Source of the DNA: Raillietiella orientalis
Lineage: Eukaryota
Direction of reading: 5' to 3'
NCBI GenBank assembly: GCA_036172245.1
Contig: JAYWIR010000008.1
Span: 3,100,001 to 3,164,000, forward strand
Length of the DNA stretch: 64,000 nt
Shown: positions 10,800 through 23,774 of the stretch, one piece after another
Position numbering within the stretch: the stretch's first letter is position 1
How the letters are laid out: each line of letters starts with the position of its first letter
Made by a program: the position numbers and the translations under genes
Notes under the pieces: model-generated
What the model saw: only the letters and a program-made list of their open reading frames with translations
Databases searched by the model: none
Told to the model about the DNA's origin: nothing

Positions 10800-13700
10800 C
10801 TCTGGGTCACTTGCCAAAGGCCTCGAGACTGCATCCTCAGCATCTCGTCGGTCAGTCGTCTCGTCCGCTTTGGCAGCAGCTCGGATTGCTCAGAGAAGAT
10901 TGGAGGGGGAGGGAGGGGGGAAAGCAGCAGTCCCATGCTCCTATCTTGGTCACGAAGGCATCAAGACAGGGTGTAGCCGACGAACGTCCTTTCCTAGGAT
11001 TTATCCAAGCTCGCAGGCTGGGAATCCTCGAATCTTCCTTCCGAAGACGCAAGCCCAGCAAAGGGGGATGCTGAACGAGAAGGTTGCCCTATGGGTGATG
11101 GAGAGGGAGTTACGAGGGCGCTTGGGTAAGGTCTTATGTGCTCATAGGCGAGAGTGGTGCATCTGTGTAGCTCCCGCAGAGGAGAGCAGCGGTGCGTGGC
11201 CCCACTTCAAGAGCGCCAGCCGCTTTGCGATGCCAGGAATGGGTTCCAGGGGGAACGAAGGCATGCAGGTGGGAACTTCTCATCGCGCCTCCGAGCACCT
11301 TCTTGGGAGACCGAGAACGAGTACCTCGTCGCCACGAGTGTCGTCGATTTTCACCCCGAATCCGACCGCGTCCACCCCACCGTTACCAGACTCCACTTTT
11401 CCCCGGAGTGATCCATTTGCAGCTTTCTCAAGGTAATTCCATCTCCGACGGTTCTCCTTTTCCTGCTTTCAGTCATATGCTTCTTTCCCCAATGAACCGC
11501 AGCAACACTGTGGGTCACCATACGCTGGCCAAACCCGTGTTGCTACGAACTTTCTCTTGTTTCCCGAATCTTTTCGCTTTTCCAGTTGTCCCACGGACTC
11601 GATAGGGATGACTCTGACCGTTTCGTTTTTCTTTCTCGTCTCTACCTCGCTTTGTATCACATCTTTCTTCGTTGCTGGCTACCTTTGTTCTCTATGCTTT
11701 ATGCTTCCACGTGACCTCTCCCCGATTCGGGCAGGCACTCCAATCCGTAGCGACTGAGTCGCTATGAATCCTGTCAAGTGAGGATAAGGGCGAACACTGG
11801 AATGGATGCTGGACGCCTTTCCAATGCTCGATCTCGTACTCGATCCTTCCCATCTGCCCCGAGGATCCATCGGTATGTCTCCGGCAAAATCGGGAGATCT
11901 TGTGCGCGGGTGAACCTGGTCCTCCAGTGGGCACGTCTTTCACTCTTTGTCAGTAAACCATCTTTGCTTCGGTGATGCTTTCACCATATGCAGGGTGGAT
12001 CCGCCCGAAATTTCTCCAGTTTCGTGTCCGTTGTCGCGTGTTTCGTGCGCAGCTTCTGGTGGATCTCGAGCTCCGATGGACGTGGGAGACTAATTCTCCA
12101 TTCTGCGCCTTTCCCGCTTTCGCATGGTGGCGCTCCGTTCGCCTTCTGTCTGCTCTGTCGCAGTCGCCATTTCAACAGCTACCTGCCGTTCATTTGAACG
12201 CGTCGCTGCTTTCTCATGTCGCCCACAGCGTGCTGACGCGTCGTCATTTCCGCGGCAACATCCCAGCAGACTGGAGTGCCTTCCCTTTGACGATGATGCA
12301 TGGTACGGCTCGGAGACTTGGCGCTGCACCCGCCGGCGAGGTCAGGAAACTTCTTTACCCGAAGTCCTGCGGAAGCGCCTCAACACAACAGCAAGGGGAA
12401 TTTGGACAGCGAAGTCGAGTCCAGTCGTTTCCGCTCCCCAAGGTAGCGCCATCCTAGTGTAGAAGGATCGCATCAGCCGAGTGCTCCTCCCGTCGCGGTT
12501 CGTAGCTATGTAGGGCTCCGCGGTGGGTGTGCCTTCTTGGCAGATTTCAGTGAGGAAACTGAATGCTGGCGCGCATGGAGCAGCAATGAACTGCCCTCGA
12601 GAGTTCTGGGAATTCGGAGGCGAGACACAGCTCACTGGGATGCTCGCAGACGTGTGCTTCCTTGCGCGTTTGAAAGGCAAATAATGGAATTTATCCGTGG
12701 ATAACTTCCCGTCATAATGAAAGAGGGCTGCTGTGCACGGGAAGGCGGTCTTCCGGGAACGTGCAAATAGTTCAGAGGAAAGCGCACTTCAGATCACGCA
12801 CTGGTTTGGTGAACGTGTTCATTTCAGATTTTGAATGCCTGTGCAAATAGCGCCCCCTCAAGACGTTAGCAACTGCAAGAAAGCGATTCTATGGGAAGAG
12901 CGCGCAACAGTTCAGTACTGCTTCGTCTGGAGAAATTGCTCGATTCGCCCTATTGAGGACGTGGGTAAGCTGCGCCCCTTACTTTCCCCCCGAAGCTCTT
13001 GCAGCAACAAACACACAGTCGGAAGGAGGTTCTGCCCTCGAAACATACAGTCGGGAATCAGCACCAGTGGAGCTTCAAGTGTCAGACAAGTCTCAAGACG
13101 TCCTTCGACTCAGGCGAGCAGCTCCACAGGTGATGAGGTGTCACCTGTGGAGCCTCCACAGGCTGAATTCCGAATCGAATGTCCTTGTAGCGTATTTCCT
13201 CGACACCTCCAGAAGAGTGTTTTATCGCTCGAGAGGGTGCCGCGAGATAGAAACAGCAGTCGTTTTCCTCCCCCGACGATCGGTTTGCCTGCGATGCAAA
13301 TGCCGAGTGCAACCCCGGAGGTCAGCCTCACCTGGCAGGGCTGCTTTGCAAACCACCTGCTCGCATGCAAGTTCCGGGTTGCTAACCGCTCCTCTGAAGA
13401 GTCGAATGTTCCTAGAAAGGGCTGCAGATTTTGTCGTTGGAGGAATCTTGTTTCCCCCTGTTGTCCTACGCCTGGCACTTCCAGTCGTGATCATGACGTG
13501 GATGCCTTCTGGATTCAGGGAGCCGCAGCATCGGTATCCTTCTGTACTTCCATTGTCGGACGCAAAGAACACTGTGTCCTATCTACGGATGACGCGTGTT
13601 CCAGCATCAATGCCGGAAGCGTTCGCAGATGTCTGACAAAATTTCCGGTCTCAGCATACGGCAACGCGTTGGCCAGCGTACATGCTCGTGGCCATAGTAG

Positions 13701-13900
13701 GGTCGAACCTCACTAGGGTAGTAATCTCCACTACTGTTCCGCCTCCGTATGGAAATCATAAATGGGCATTCTTTGCTCTCATTTGTCCCGCTCCGCTGTC
13801 ACTAAGAATCTCACTCGCTCCCACAAGAGAACGTGGTGCCGGCGTTTCCAGCTGCCTCGTGTCATCAAGAGTTGCTTGCTTTTCTTTGACAAGGCACGGG
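10800..13900 (+). mobile_element. Old LINE ORF2 remnant followed by multi-RING region
   Basis: AWSSNEL, VLPCAFERQIMEFIRGxLPV, TCKxFRGKRTSDHAL, RFALLRTWVSCA (ORF2 C-terminus, 12570-12980); then ECPCSV..VCLRCK, GCFANHLL, GCRFCRWR (13423), FWIQGAAASVSFC, ILCS/ICPAP (about 13770). Confidence 0.6.
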
Positions 13901-14199
13901 AAGTGTCGGTGCTGCTCATGTGCGTCACTCTAGTGCTTGGAACAGGAAGAGCAACAGCCGAAGAACGCGTGTGCATATCCCAAGTATTTGTGATTAATGC
14001 GGTGAGTGAAGACTCATCATCCCACTCGTTTTGAGGTGAGGACCGATTTTTGGATTTCGAATCCTTCGGCACTTGGCAGTACTTCGGCATTTTCTCGTCG
14101 TTGGTTTTTCTAATTGCCCTAATTATGGATGCATTTTTTCCACCTTTGCCATCACGGCTGGTGTGCCCCGTTGGAAGGTGGCAACTCCTTAAGTCAAGT

Positions 14200-16400
14200 A
14201 AATTCGATTAATCCTCCTTGGTCATTCTAGGCCTGGGGTTCTTGTGCGACAGTCTCTCGTGTGGAGGCCATGTTCCTTGAGGAGCATGGGAACCTGGAGA
14301 ATGGGAAACGACTTTGGTCAACTGATGGACTGTGGAAACATTGGTAACAGTGTTTCCAGAGTGCAAGGAAGGAATGGCAAGGAAGAGATGGATACTCTGG
14401 AAGACTATAATAACGATGAATAGAAACTCACTGAAATTAAGAACAGGATCCTGGAATCCGCGCAAACATCTCCAGTTTTTCGCAGCGGATTTCTTACTCA
14501 CCATGAGGGAGATGCTCGATTCCCAGTGTTGGCTCCTTCGGAAGGCGTCTATGAAGAAGTGCCAGAATCTAGTAGAAATAGTGAATTGGATGCCAGAGGC
14601 GTTGTTGCCGCATCACAAAGGTCCCCACTATTGCACTCATAAAAATCGAGCATCCGTTCAGGCTTTGGGACATCTTCCTGCCGAAGAAGGCATCAAGGAG
14701 TGCGCAGATTACAATTCGCCTGTGACCGAATCCAAATGCGTCTCTTGAAATCGAAGAAAGGAATCAGAGCCGCTATGGAGCGGGCTTCAGAAAACTGCGA
14801 AAAACTCGGCTCATAAGAAGGAGCTTTGCGGAAAGGATGGAGACTATTGAGCTGGGTGCTTCGCCGCGTACAGGACCGATCTGTCCAGCAAGAGGGAAGC
14901 CATAGAATCATAGAAACCAGCAAAGGCAAACGAGCACTCTGGGCAGGCGAGGGATCGGAAGAGAGAGCACAGTGTGCGATCAGATCATCAGCGCACCACT
15001 GAAGATCCGGGTGATGAAGCGTAGGAGAAGGCATGCTGAGGACGGAAGCTCGAACTTTTCAGAAACTCAGAGGAGGCCACCATTCGGAGATAAGTGCGGG
15101 GACTTGAAACTCAGTAGTGGAGAGAGTGGCAGTGAGTGATCAAGAGGATTGGGAGGAGCCACGCCTGAGCAAACTCGAAGTTGCTCTCCAAAGAAACAGT
15201 GTGAATAGAGAGAGCGTGAGAAACTGACGTCGTAGGCTTTTCGTTATCTGGGAGTGAGAAGACAGGAGACGCCTAAGAGAAAACTTGCCTGGCTGATAGG
15301 AATAGGCTTACGAAAATATGACGCAGATGTCAGAAGGTGAATTTTGATCTAAGAGTATTCAGTGAATTAAAGAAGAAACCATGCCAAGACTGCAAGGGGG
15401 GGGGGGCAACACACTCCAATAACAGCTGCGGAAAAGACTTCACTTCACTGCAGTCGGCACAGTTCGGGAACACCTTGTTTCGAGGCAGCAGGAACTGGGT
15501 CATCTAGGGCCGATGCACAAGTGCGTTCTTGGTGGCCAGGACCACGTCACTTTCCTTTGCCTAAGGCTATTGAAAACACTCGGCCACCTTCGTGCGTATC
15601 CTCTTCCCACCTTTGGCCCTTCCTGGCCTCGCTGGCCTCGTTTCTCGGAGTCATCATCTAAGACGTTTTCCTGCATGGACTGCTCATTGTCAGCGTCCCG
15701 GAGGCTCGGACGAGAAGTTTCCCGGCCGCTGTTCCTTGCGATTTCGGTCTCGCTCACGGGACACCACGCACTGAGGCTTTCGTATGTTTGCTCCTCGATG
15801 ACGTGGGTCACGAGGTTCAGGTAGGGTTGTTCTCTGACCTGCTGCAGGGAGTGCCCCTTCTCGACCTCGTCCTTTAGCTGGAGAGGGTGCCTTTGCATAC
15901 ATTTTCGCGTGCATCAGTTCCCTCGCTTTTGGTGGTACGTTGTTGCCTCCGCTTCAAAGCTCTGGTGTACAAGGTGGCGCCGAAGAAGGCGCGTGTTTCC
16001 AGACTCCCACAATATCGTTTCGGGACTTTATAAAGGGAGCCGGTGGGGATGCCTTTTGTGCCGGGGTCGGAGTCCGGTACAGGTTTGGATTCCAGGACGA
16101 AGCGCCCTTGCAACTTTATCCGTTCCTGGCATTTCTGTCATCGGCGCCGCTCGTGGCGCGCTGTTTCACAAAAGCAGCAGCGTTCGAATGTGACGCAGTC
16201 GGCTGACCAGGTGCCCGGCCCTGCAGCCTTTTCTGCCGCCTGGGCGCGCCGCCGTCCTGCGGCCGAGAGTCATGAGGAAAAGACAAAAGTTTAGCTGTTT
16301 GAGGTAGGTCAGCTGCAGCTGTGGTCCACCTGCACTTTTTTGAACTGCTCGTTTAGCTCGATCGGACGGGGGTCTTGATCCCTTCCTCCAACCTTAATCT
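14200..16400 (-). mobile_element. Decayed LINE with ORF1 CCHC knuckles and RT remnants
   Basis: CRAGHLVS..DC and CCFCETARHERRR(C) knuckles at about 16140-16230; FFDFK, MRQ..PL and CADS (YADD-like) RT motifs at 14780-14450. Confidence 0.55.
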
Positions 16401-17049
16401 CTCGAGAGCCAGTCCGCCAGTTCTCATGTCACAACTTTTAGCGTGACTTATCCGTACTGCTATAAGTGTCCCTTGCTGGTGCATTCGCTGATCATGACTT
16501 CGAGGCAAGGGACAGGTGGACAGAGGTCGCCGCCTTGTCGGATGATGATGATCGCCACGACGTGATCAAAGTTGGTCTTCCGGATGCTAGCGAGGTTTAT
16601 GTCGCACATCGCGCTCTTGATCAAGGAGCTCAAGGAGAAAGTGACAATGGTGAATTCCGGACAAAATTTTTCTTTAGGTCATCTTCGATGAAAGATCCGG
16701 CGATTACATCATGTTCTGCATCTGCCACCGTTGCTCACGACAACACGAGTGCCTTTGTGCTGTTATCACTGCCTTGGCCTCCGCCAGTTGCTTCTTTGTT
16801 TGTCTCTGCCTCCATTCCACCAGTGGCAGTGCTTACACTGTAGTTGTCCACAATCAGGTCTGTCTTCGCACTGTCTATTCGCCACGTGACGCTATACAAA
16901 AATTACTGCAACAGCGATATTTCACGCTGCCTAGGAGGGACATTAGGTGAATTTAGCCATCGTTTTGTGGCTGACTGAAAGCTCTCTCGCGGTAGAAGAG
17001 GCGTTCTCAGAGAACATTTCACGATGGACGGAATCGTGACTGTCATCGG

Positions 17050-17660
17050 AAAGCTCAAGAGGAGGAAGGCACCAGGGGAGTAAGGCCCGCCTGTGGAATG
17101 TTATCAGTGCTTCCCGGAAGAGCTGGCACCTTTGATGCACAGGCTGTGAATGCTGATCCAGGATCAAACTCCACAATCAGCCAGAGTACGTCCCTTCTCC
17201 CCAAGGGTAGAGACTTACACAATGTCGGCAACAGACGATCGATTACCGTTGTTAACGCGGGCCCCAAGTTGCCGGACAAGCCATGGACTGGGGGATTGAA
17301 AGGGTTGTAGGAATCCGTGATCAGTCTGGAAGAGTCTTTCGCCGTTCTCGGGAGAAGCTTGGGAACCAGCAGGTTCTTCTCCAGCACATGGTTTTAGTGA
17401 CCATCAGCAGGTTGCTCCGAACATCCTCGAGAATACGAGATTCTCCACCGGCCAGGTGGAGGGAAGCTGCACTGAATCGAGACGACGGGTTTCTTGGCAG
17501 ACTCAGTCGATTTGCAAAAGTATTCGAACGCTGGGTCGACCAGGAGCTTCTTCTGGTCGCTTTCCTGGATCGCATGGTTTTCCCGCCCGTCTTCCTGGTT
17601 TACACGCCCTCGAGCGGTCGCGACGCGTTCACGAGTGTGTTCCTTTCAGAGACCAGCACA
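17050..17660 (+). mobile_element. LINE RT fragment
   Basis: KAPGExGPPVECY; FAKVFERWVDQELLL..LDRMVFPPVFL, homologous to the RT at 38701 onward. Confidence 0.7.
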
Positions 17661-17664
17661 TGTA

Positions 17665-18725
17665 TTTTCACCCGGTTACTCCAGGGAGTTCCTTGTAAAC
17701 ACTCTCCTTAGGTAGCAACAAACCAGTCATGTAGTGGGATTGGCATCCTTCTGCATCCATATAGATCTGGAGGCAATGCCCTTCGCGAGAAACTTGCCGT
17801 GAAAGGAACTCACAGAGAAGGAGGAGGGTTTGGGGATGAACAAGAACAACAAAAAGTACGCCTGTACAAAGGTCATAAAAAAGGAAAAGCAACCCGTTGT
17901 TGCAACCAAAACCTTGTGTTGGCGAAGAATAGGTACGTGTACGGCGGTGCCAGTGAGACGAGGCCTATGGCGGGAGACAGTCTGAGCTCCCTGCTCTTCA
18001 GTACCTTCTACGACTTGGTGCCGGTAGCATACAGGAGAGACTCTAGCGACGTCGCTGAGCTCGTATCCCTGAGCGCCTGTCGTTCCTGTCCGCGACTACG
18101 ATCTTCTGCTCCTGTTGTCCGTGATCACCACCGTGGCATCGCTCAAGGATTTCTTCGAGTTGTTCTATCGGGGAATTTTTACCCGGTTATGCCGGGACGT
18201 TTAATGTAAATCATAAAAAAAGCATATCTACGTACAAGCGGTCAAAACATCAAAAAGAGAAGTTATTCCTCCGTAGGGGGATTGCAATCTCACGACGTCA
18301 GTGCAAGTCCCAGAGTCGTTTCTGCATCTAAGCAGTTTGCAGGAGAGGTCCGCACAGGGAAAATAAAGGGAGAGAGAACACAGTCGTCACTCTGGAGTCC
18401 TGAGCTTCCTTCCTGGGATGCCGGCGAGTTCCTCTTTGAAATGTGCCACGTGAGACCATCTCGTCGCGATCCCCAAGAAAGAGAAGGCGATATGGATGGC
18501 GTTCCTGTTCGTATGGTCGTAGCGTTCACCGCCACGGCTCAGAAAAGGCCGTACAGAGCCTCGATCGCCGCCGCAGGCGACATTGCGTAATGCCTGCTCA
18601 GGCGTCCCAGCACGTCTTTCAAGTGGTCGGCCCGTGAGGATCGCATCAGGTGTGGGAAGCTTGCCGTTTCACCGCGTCTGACACTGGTTCGGAGCCCCAC
18701 TTCCCCCTGGTCCAATGGTGTCACC
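17665..18725 (-). mobile_element. Stacked LINE 3' fragments
   Basis: Terminal CCGGGT motifs at about 17668 and 18180; GETASFPHLM..AMSPAAAIEALYG. Confidence 0.6.
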
Positions 18726-18789
18726 GGAACGAAAAATTCTTCTAAACTAGAACATCAGCTCCAGTTTAGAAGAATAGCCCTGGAAGCGA

Positions 18790-20170
18790 AGTTTTGGAGC
18801 ATTCATTGGTGTGTGACAGCCGATTCGGAGGGACTCCCCTCATTCCTAGTTTGCAGCCACCGAAGACTGCCGCGATGAGGCTAGCAGCTTCGGCGGATAG
18901 TTGTCTTGGCTCAGGACCACACTCGGATCTCCTGCTCTCCGACGAACTGTGGCTCCTGGAAGTAGGAAACAGCTCACAAGTGGACAAAAATCAGAGACTC
19001 GAGCCTGGGAGGGATGCAACGTCTGCAGCACTCCAGACACGCTCGCTGCTTGCTGAAGGAGATGATGGACTGCCCGAGGAAGACGCTGTAAGCCCAGCAG
19101 ACCCCTCTTGCTGCCATGCTGTCGTTCCTACAGGATAGCCAGGACAGCCATCAGCCCGCAAGATGGGAAATAAACTCCGAGATCTCAGGAAAAAAGAAGC
19201 TACTGGGATGCTAAACGGCGTGTCAGCTGACTGACTCTTCCTCTCCCGTCGCCTTCCTCAAAGGACTTTTCCGCTAACGGATCTTCTTGGAATCCCGTCG
19301 AAGGGAATGGAGATCCACGCAGTGTTCTTCGACGGCTCCGCGTCTCCACTGAAGTGGTAGGACTCGGCATTGCGAATGCTGCATTGGACCATCCCATACA
19401 AAGCGCGCCTCAACCACTGGGCCAGGGGAAATGTGACCCCAGAGTGAAGGGCAAACCTCTCCGCACTTGCTTTTCGAGAGTTTCTTTCGCCCTTTGGTGT
19501 GCGTGGAAACGGATGACCACGTCCAGGAACTTTCCAGAAGACCACCCGAGGGCCTCATTCAGACGCCTCTTCCCGCGTGGCAGGATGTCGCCTGCCGCGG
19601 CAATCGCCGTTTTGTCTGCGTCTGCGGAATCGTGGCAGATCTGGAAGTTGTGCTGCTCGCGAGCAGCCTGCCATGAGAGGAACGCACAAGCATCCGGGAT
19701 GAACAAAAATAACAAAAGCATCCCTGTACAAAGGTCATAAGAAAAAAGTTTCGAAAAGATGAAGAGGGCCGAACACAGAGAGGCCGGAATAGCAGAGAAG
19801 CCAAGTCCATCGTCTTATCCTTCCTAAGGATCGCGGTGAGATGGCCGCACCTGAAGCACGACCAGGATGAGCTTGCCGGCGTCCTTGCGAGTATGCAAAG
19901 GCCATCAGGGAGCCATTTGTGATCCTTTCCCTTCCCCCTCCAACATGTCTTTTTTTTGGTTAATATTTATTGATTTTTTTTGTGTATTTCCCTTCCCCCT
20001 AATTTCCCCGAGCGGGACCTCTTCCGGAGGCTGCTCCGAGCAGAGTACTCCTCCGGAACATGCGGAAGTGGTGGCTTGTACTGCCACTACGGAAATTCTA
20101 ACAGTTTTATTGACAAAATTTGTATATATATATTTTTGTACAATAAGCGTCCTGGCATGACCGGGTGAAA
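18790..20170 (+). mobile_element. LINE 3' fragments
   Basis: RRLFPRGRMSPAAAIAVL, T-rich UTR, terminal AATAAGCGTCCTGGCATGACCGGGTGA at about 20142-20168. Confidence 0.7.
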
Positions 20171-20199
20171 ATACACGAAAGGAAACGGTTTCCCTATAG

Positions 20200-21435
20200 G
20201 TTACGGGTAGGCGCAGAATGCATCGACCCATGATTTCCAGGGAAATCTGAAGTACGCGGTCCTTGCAATAACACGGGACACCTGAAGAGAAGGTGTCCCG
20301 AAATGCAATGTTGCCACTGGGAGCAGTTGGAATACATGCAAGCAGAGTGCCCGAAAAAGGAATGGTCGAGTTCTTTACGCTGCGGAAATGGAAGAAAAGG
20401 AAAAGACGCACGGAAAAGCCAGCGAGAACTGGAGAATCAAAGAGCGGACAGGGTCTGCGTCAGCACCCGCGAATCTCTCTCGAGACGCCTCGGCTGGGGA
20501 AAATAAGGTCATTGCCAAGAAGGCTGAAAGGCACCAGTTTTGTCAAGAAAGAGAAGAAAGGAAAGTCCTCGCGCCATGACCGAAAAGCCGAGAGGAAGGA
20601 GCAGATACCACCGTTGAAGATAACGCTCGAGCGCCTGAATACGCGACCGGTAAAGTTGCCAAGGCGACGACCGGTTCAGCGACCGTTACCGTGGAACGCG
20701 ATGACGATATTCCCTCCAGCTCGCAGATCTCAGCCAAGAATAGGCGCAGGGGAATCCCCTCGGGAAATTCCCGACTCCGGGCTGGAGCCGGAAAACTCCG
20801 TTGAGGGACCCCACAACACGAGGGTCCGTGAGATCCAAGCCCGGACGCGGCATGCATCCCCATGAGGGGAGCAAATGCCGGAAGTGAGACGATGTCCGTG
20901 GGATCGCAGAGAGGGTCTTGCGATACCAATCGTCCGAGGCTCCTGCAGAGAAAGAGAGGAGAACGATGGGCACGGATCGTTCTCTCCCCGAGAGCTGCCA
21001 CATCAGCTCGAAGCGGGAACCACGGAAGAAACTTCCCAGCAGCAATGCGAGAGAGTCGCCTCTTTGCATCTTATGCGAACTGCCGTTTGGCGCCAGCGGA
21101 ATTCCTCCGCAACGGCGTCAAAAGGCGAGCAGTGGTGGAATTGCTGAGCCACTTCGGCCTCGCTCTCCTCCAGGAGGTCGACAAGGTTCCCGCGGAGGAG
21201 GCTGCGGAGCTCGAGCCGCGCGCCCAGAGAGAGCTGTTTATCACCCGGGTGCGCCGGGGCGTTTATTACAAACTATCCGGGAACAAAGTTCCCGGACAAA
21301 GGGGTAAACAAGAGACGAAGCCCAGAGAGAGCTGTGTCGGCGTTGAGGTGCCTCACGCTCGTGCGGAGTTGCGCTTCCCGCGCCCGCGACTCGCACGGAT
21401 GCGATTCGCAGCCTCCGTTTCGACGATGTCGGATC
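20200..21435 (+). mobile_element. L1/Tx1-like LINE 5' part: ORF1 zinc knuckles and start of APE endonuclease
   Basis: PCNNTGHLKRRCP-EMQ-CCHWEQLEYMQAECP double knuckle; ASYANCRL..KRRAVVELL..LALLQEV and SRSCGVAL APE motifs. Confidence 0.75.
21238..21319 (-). mobile_element. 82-bp 5'-truncated LINE insertion with 16-bp TSD
   Basis: GCCCAGAGAGAGCTGT at 21222-21237 and 21320-21335 flanks a minus-strand AATAAACGCCCCGGCGCACCCGGGTGA end. Confidence 0.85.
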
Positions 21436-21540
21436 AACTTGCCCTCAAGACAGAAACAGCCAGACAGCCGGATCACCTTACCAACTCCAAACTCCAGCCT
21501 CGTGACTCCAAAGCGCACCGCTTCGATTATCTTTCTCGAA

Positions 21541-21575
21541 TGTTCTCGAGCGGAGTAATGTTTTACGCTGAGACA
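21541..21575 (-). promoter_or_regulatory. Candidate degenerate rolling-circle origin stem-loop
   Basis: Minus strand TGTCTCAGCG-TAAAACATTACTC-CGCTCGAGAACA: 10-bp bulged stem; loop contains AAACATTAC (1 mismatch to NANTATTAC); 35 nt upstream of the rep ATG. Confidence 0.35.
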
Positions 21576-21610
21576 CGAGAACCGCCGAAAATCATCCCTG
21601 GTCAGCAAAA

Positions 21611-22747
21611 ATGCCCTACTCTGAACACTGCCTTGGTGCTTTGCTTTAATCAACTACAGCCAGGAACGATAAAGCATCTATATCATGGTACGCCACAAAC
21701 TCGATATACGGCATCATGGGAAAAGAAACCAGTGCAACAGGAACTCCGCATCTTCAGGTGCACATGCATCTCTCCAAGATCCCAGAACCATCGTCCGGCT
21801 GAAGACGACCAGAGATATAGTTGAATTTGGTTATGTTAGTATGAGAAGTATGTTTAGTAATAGATTATTGGCTTGCGTGGTTTGGAGATATCATAAGATT
21901 TTAATTTTAAGTTAATGTTGGTTTTCTAAAGTTTATCTCGATGAGAGGAGCACACTTCCAGCATTCAAGAGGTACTGCCAATCACAACATGCACTACTGC
22001 TCCAAACAAATACACAACTCTGGACCACTGGCAACTCTTCCAACGATAAACACCAATAATACGAAAAGCACTCCATAGGGTAATGGGTCTCATGCGTGCG
22101 ACCCATGACCGCACAGCGTTCCCTCTTGAACAAAAAGGTATGTTTCTTTGTAGACATTGCAAGATACACAAGGCAGATTAAAAAGGATCAATGGACTATA
22201 CGTAACCATGACCTCCTATGAGAGCGCATCTTCGTAAAAGAAGCCATTCGTCTAAACCATAGTAAGTCATACCCACACCTACTGGCCAACCTCAGACTCC
22301 GCCACTGGCAACCTCAACCACTTCAAACACTCAGCCAACCACCACGACAGGGGCATCCTGTGGTGTCACGATCCCCAAGGAGACACACAGGAAATGTCGC
22401 AAGAGCCAAGTATCTTTGGCTAAAACTCAACGCAGCATATCTCCAAAGCTAAGAAAAATCAAACACCGCACACCTCTACAACGGCGAACCCATAGTGTGC
22501 GTCGACTTCACAAAAGACGACCAAGAAACCGTGCGATATGCTTTTTATCGAATCAATTAAGAAAGGGATCATTTTCGACATGAAATTCCAAGAAGCAGTC
22601 AAGTTCTCCCCATCGCCTCTCATCCTCTACTTCACTCACTCGCTGCCACACAAACCCAGCCAAGAGACGTGGAAAATCATCCGCAGAACCCAAGTCCCTT
22701 CGCCATGGAAAAAAACAGCGGACCTTACACTACGCTGTCCGGAGTGA
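21611..22747 (+). pseudogene. rep: CRESS virus Rep (HUH endonuclease plus SF3 helicase), frameshifted
   Basis: Motif I WCFALINY (21634), motif II GTPHLQ (21740-21757), motif III AHFQHSRGTANHNMHYCSK (YCSK 21995-22006), LRHWQ, DRGILWCHDPQG-TG..AKYL (Walker A region), YNGEPIVCVDF (Walker B), IESIKKGIIF..K, ETWKII. Confidence 0.9.
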
Positions 22748-22823
22748 GCCAAAACTGAAACGCCTTTAAAATTCGCAAGCGAAAAAACTCAAAGCAACCA
22801 GCAGCATAACAGCATTCTTTATT

Positions 22824-23724
22824 TTATACTTTCGACAACTGAAAGTAACGAACACAACGAACCCTAACAGCACCCCAACTACACGCATAGCGCCCAAGAA
22901 CTAAGTGTTTCAGTCGCATCACCACTCCAACTCTTAGGAACGATAAACGAGGAAACATGCCTTACAGGATCCAACCAAAAACCAGAGTTCACTTCAACAC
23001 TCCCACAACCAGCACTCAACTCATCATAAGGCAAACATGGAGACCTTATCTTGTCATAACAAGCACCTTCACTGTTCCCGTGCTCCCCAGGGCGACGTTT
23101 GTGAAACGAAAGCCATCACGGTCGAAATCAGACATCTCTACGCACTGCTGATCCCTTGCATCATCCAGATATTTTCCAGCTGTATCGTAATCCCAAGAAC
23201 AAACAAGACTAGGAGGAAGAACAGTATGGAAATGACTGCGATACTCAACTCAATCCTCAGGATAAAACTTGTCCAGCCTCAACTCAGAGGTTCCGCAACC
23301 CACTTCACACCATGAAACTCTGCCCAATGAAAATTATCCGCAAAGTCCATTGCTCCAAACTCCTCCAACCACTCAGTAACATTCTTAGACCCCCGTCCCC
23401 TTCATCCACCACCATACTACTCAAATAGAAAGCAGCAAAAGCCACTCGCCGCACCCAGCAACTGATGATAATTCAGCGACTGATCAAACTCTCCAGCAAA
23501 CTGCCGAGAACGACAGCCGAATCAAGCAGACGACAAGGCACCCGACCATTAGGACCCCGAAAACGACAGCACTTTTTGAAACGCCTAAAACGCATGTAAC
23601 GTCTTCTCTTGCCAATCTTCTCTTGTCCACGTCTTTTCTTCGCGATTCCTGGAACGAACCGGCGCAGCCTCCCTGAACAAATATTCACTGCTGACTCTCA
23701 ACCCAAACGCAAGTATTTGTACAT
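22824..23724 (-). pseudogene. cap: CRESS virus capsid protein, frameshifted
   Basis: Arg/Lys-rich N-terminus (RLRR..KKRR..KRRRYMRFRRFKK), FADNFHWAEFHGVKWVAEP, PPSLVCSWDYD, FWLDP, C-terminal VRVRCVRYFQLSKV* immediately followed by AATAAA. Confidence 0.75.
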
Positions 23725-23751
23725 TCCTGAAACTCAATCCCGTAATCCCGT

Positions 23752-23774
23752 ACGCCTCGGGCGTACCCGGGTGA
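23752..23774 (+). mobile_element. 23-bp LINE 3'-tip insertion with 17-bp TSD inside the viral sequence
   Basis: CAATCCCGTAATCCCGT at 23735-23751 and 23775-23791 flanks ACGCCTCGGGCGTACCCGGGTGA, the LINE terminal hairpin. Confidence 0.75.

Noticed and set aside
15500..15915. CTRKC..GHSL..WCPV as another RING module
   Set aside because: It lies just after ORF1 CCHC knuckles rather than after ORF2, and too few ligands remain.
20862..21824. 320-aa ORF as a real gene
   Set aside because: It is a chance read-through of LINE APE, an inverted LINE tip and viral DNA largely out of the Rep frame.
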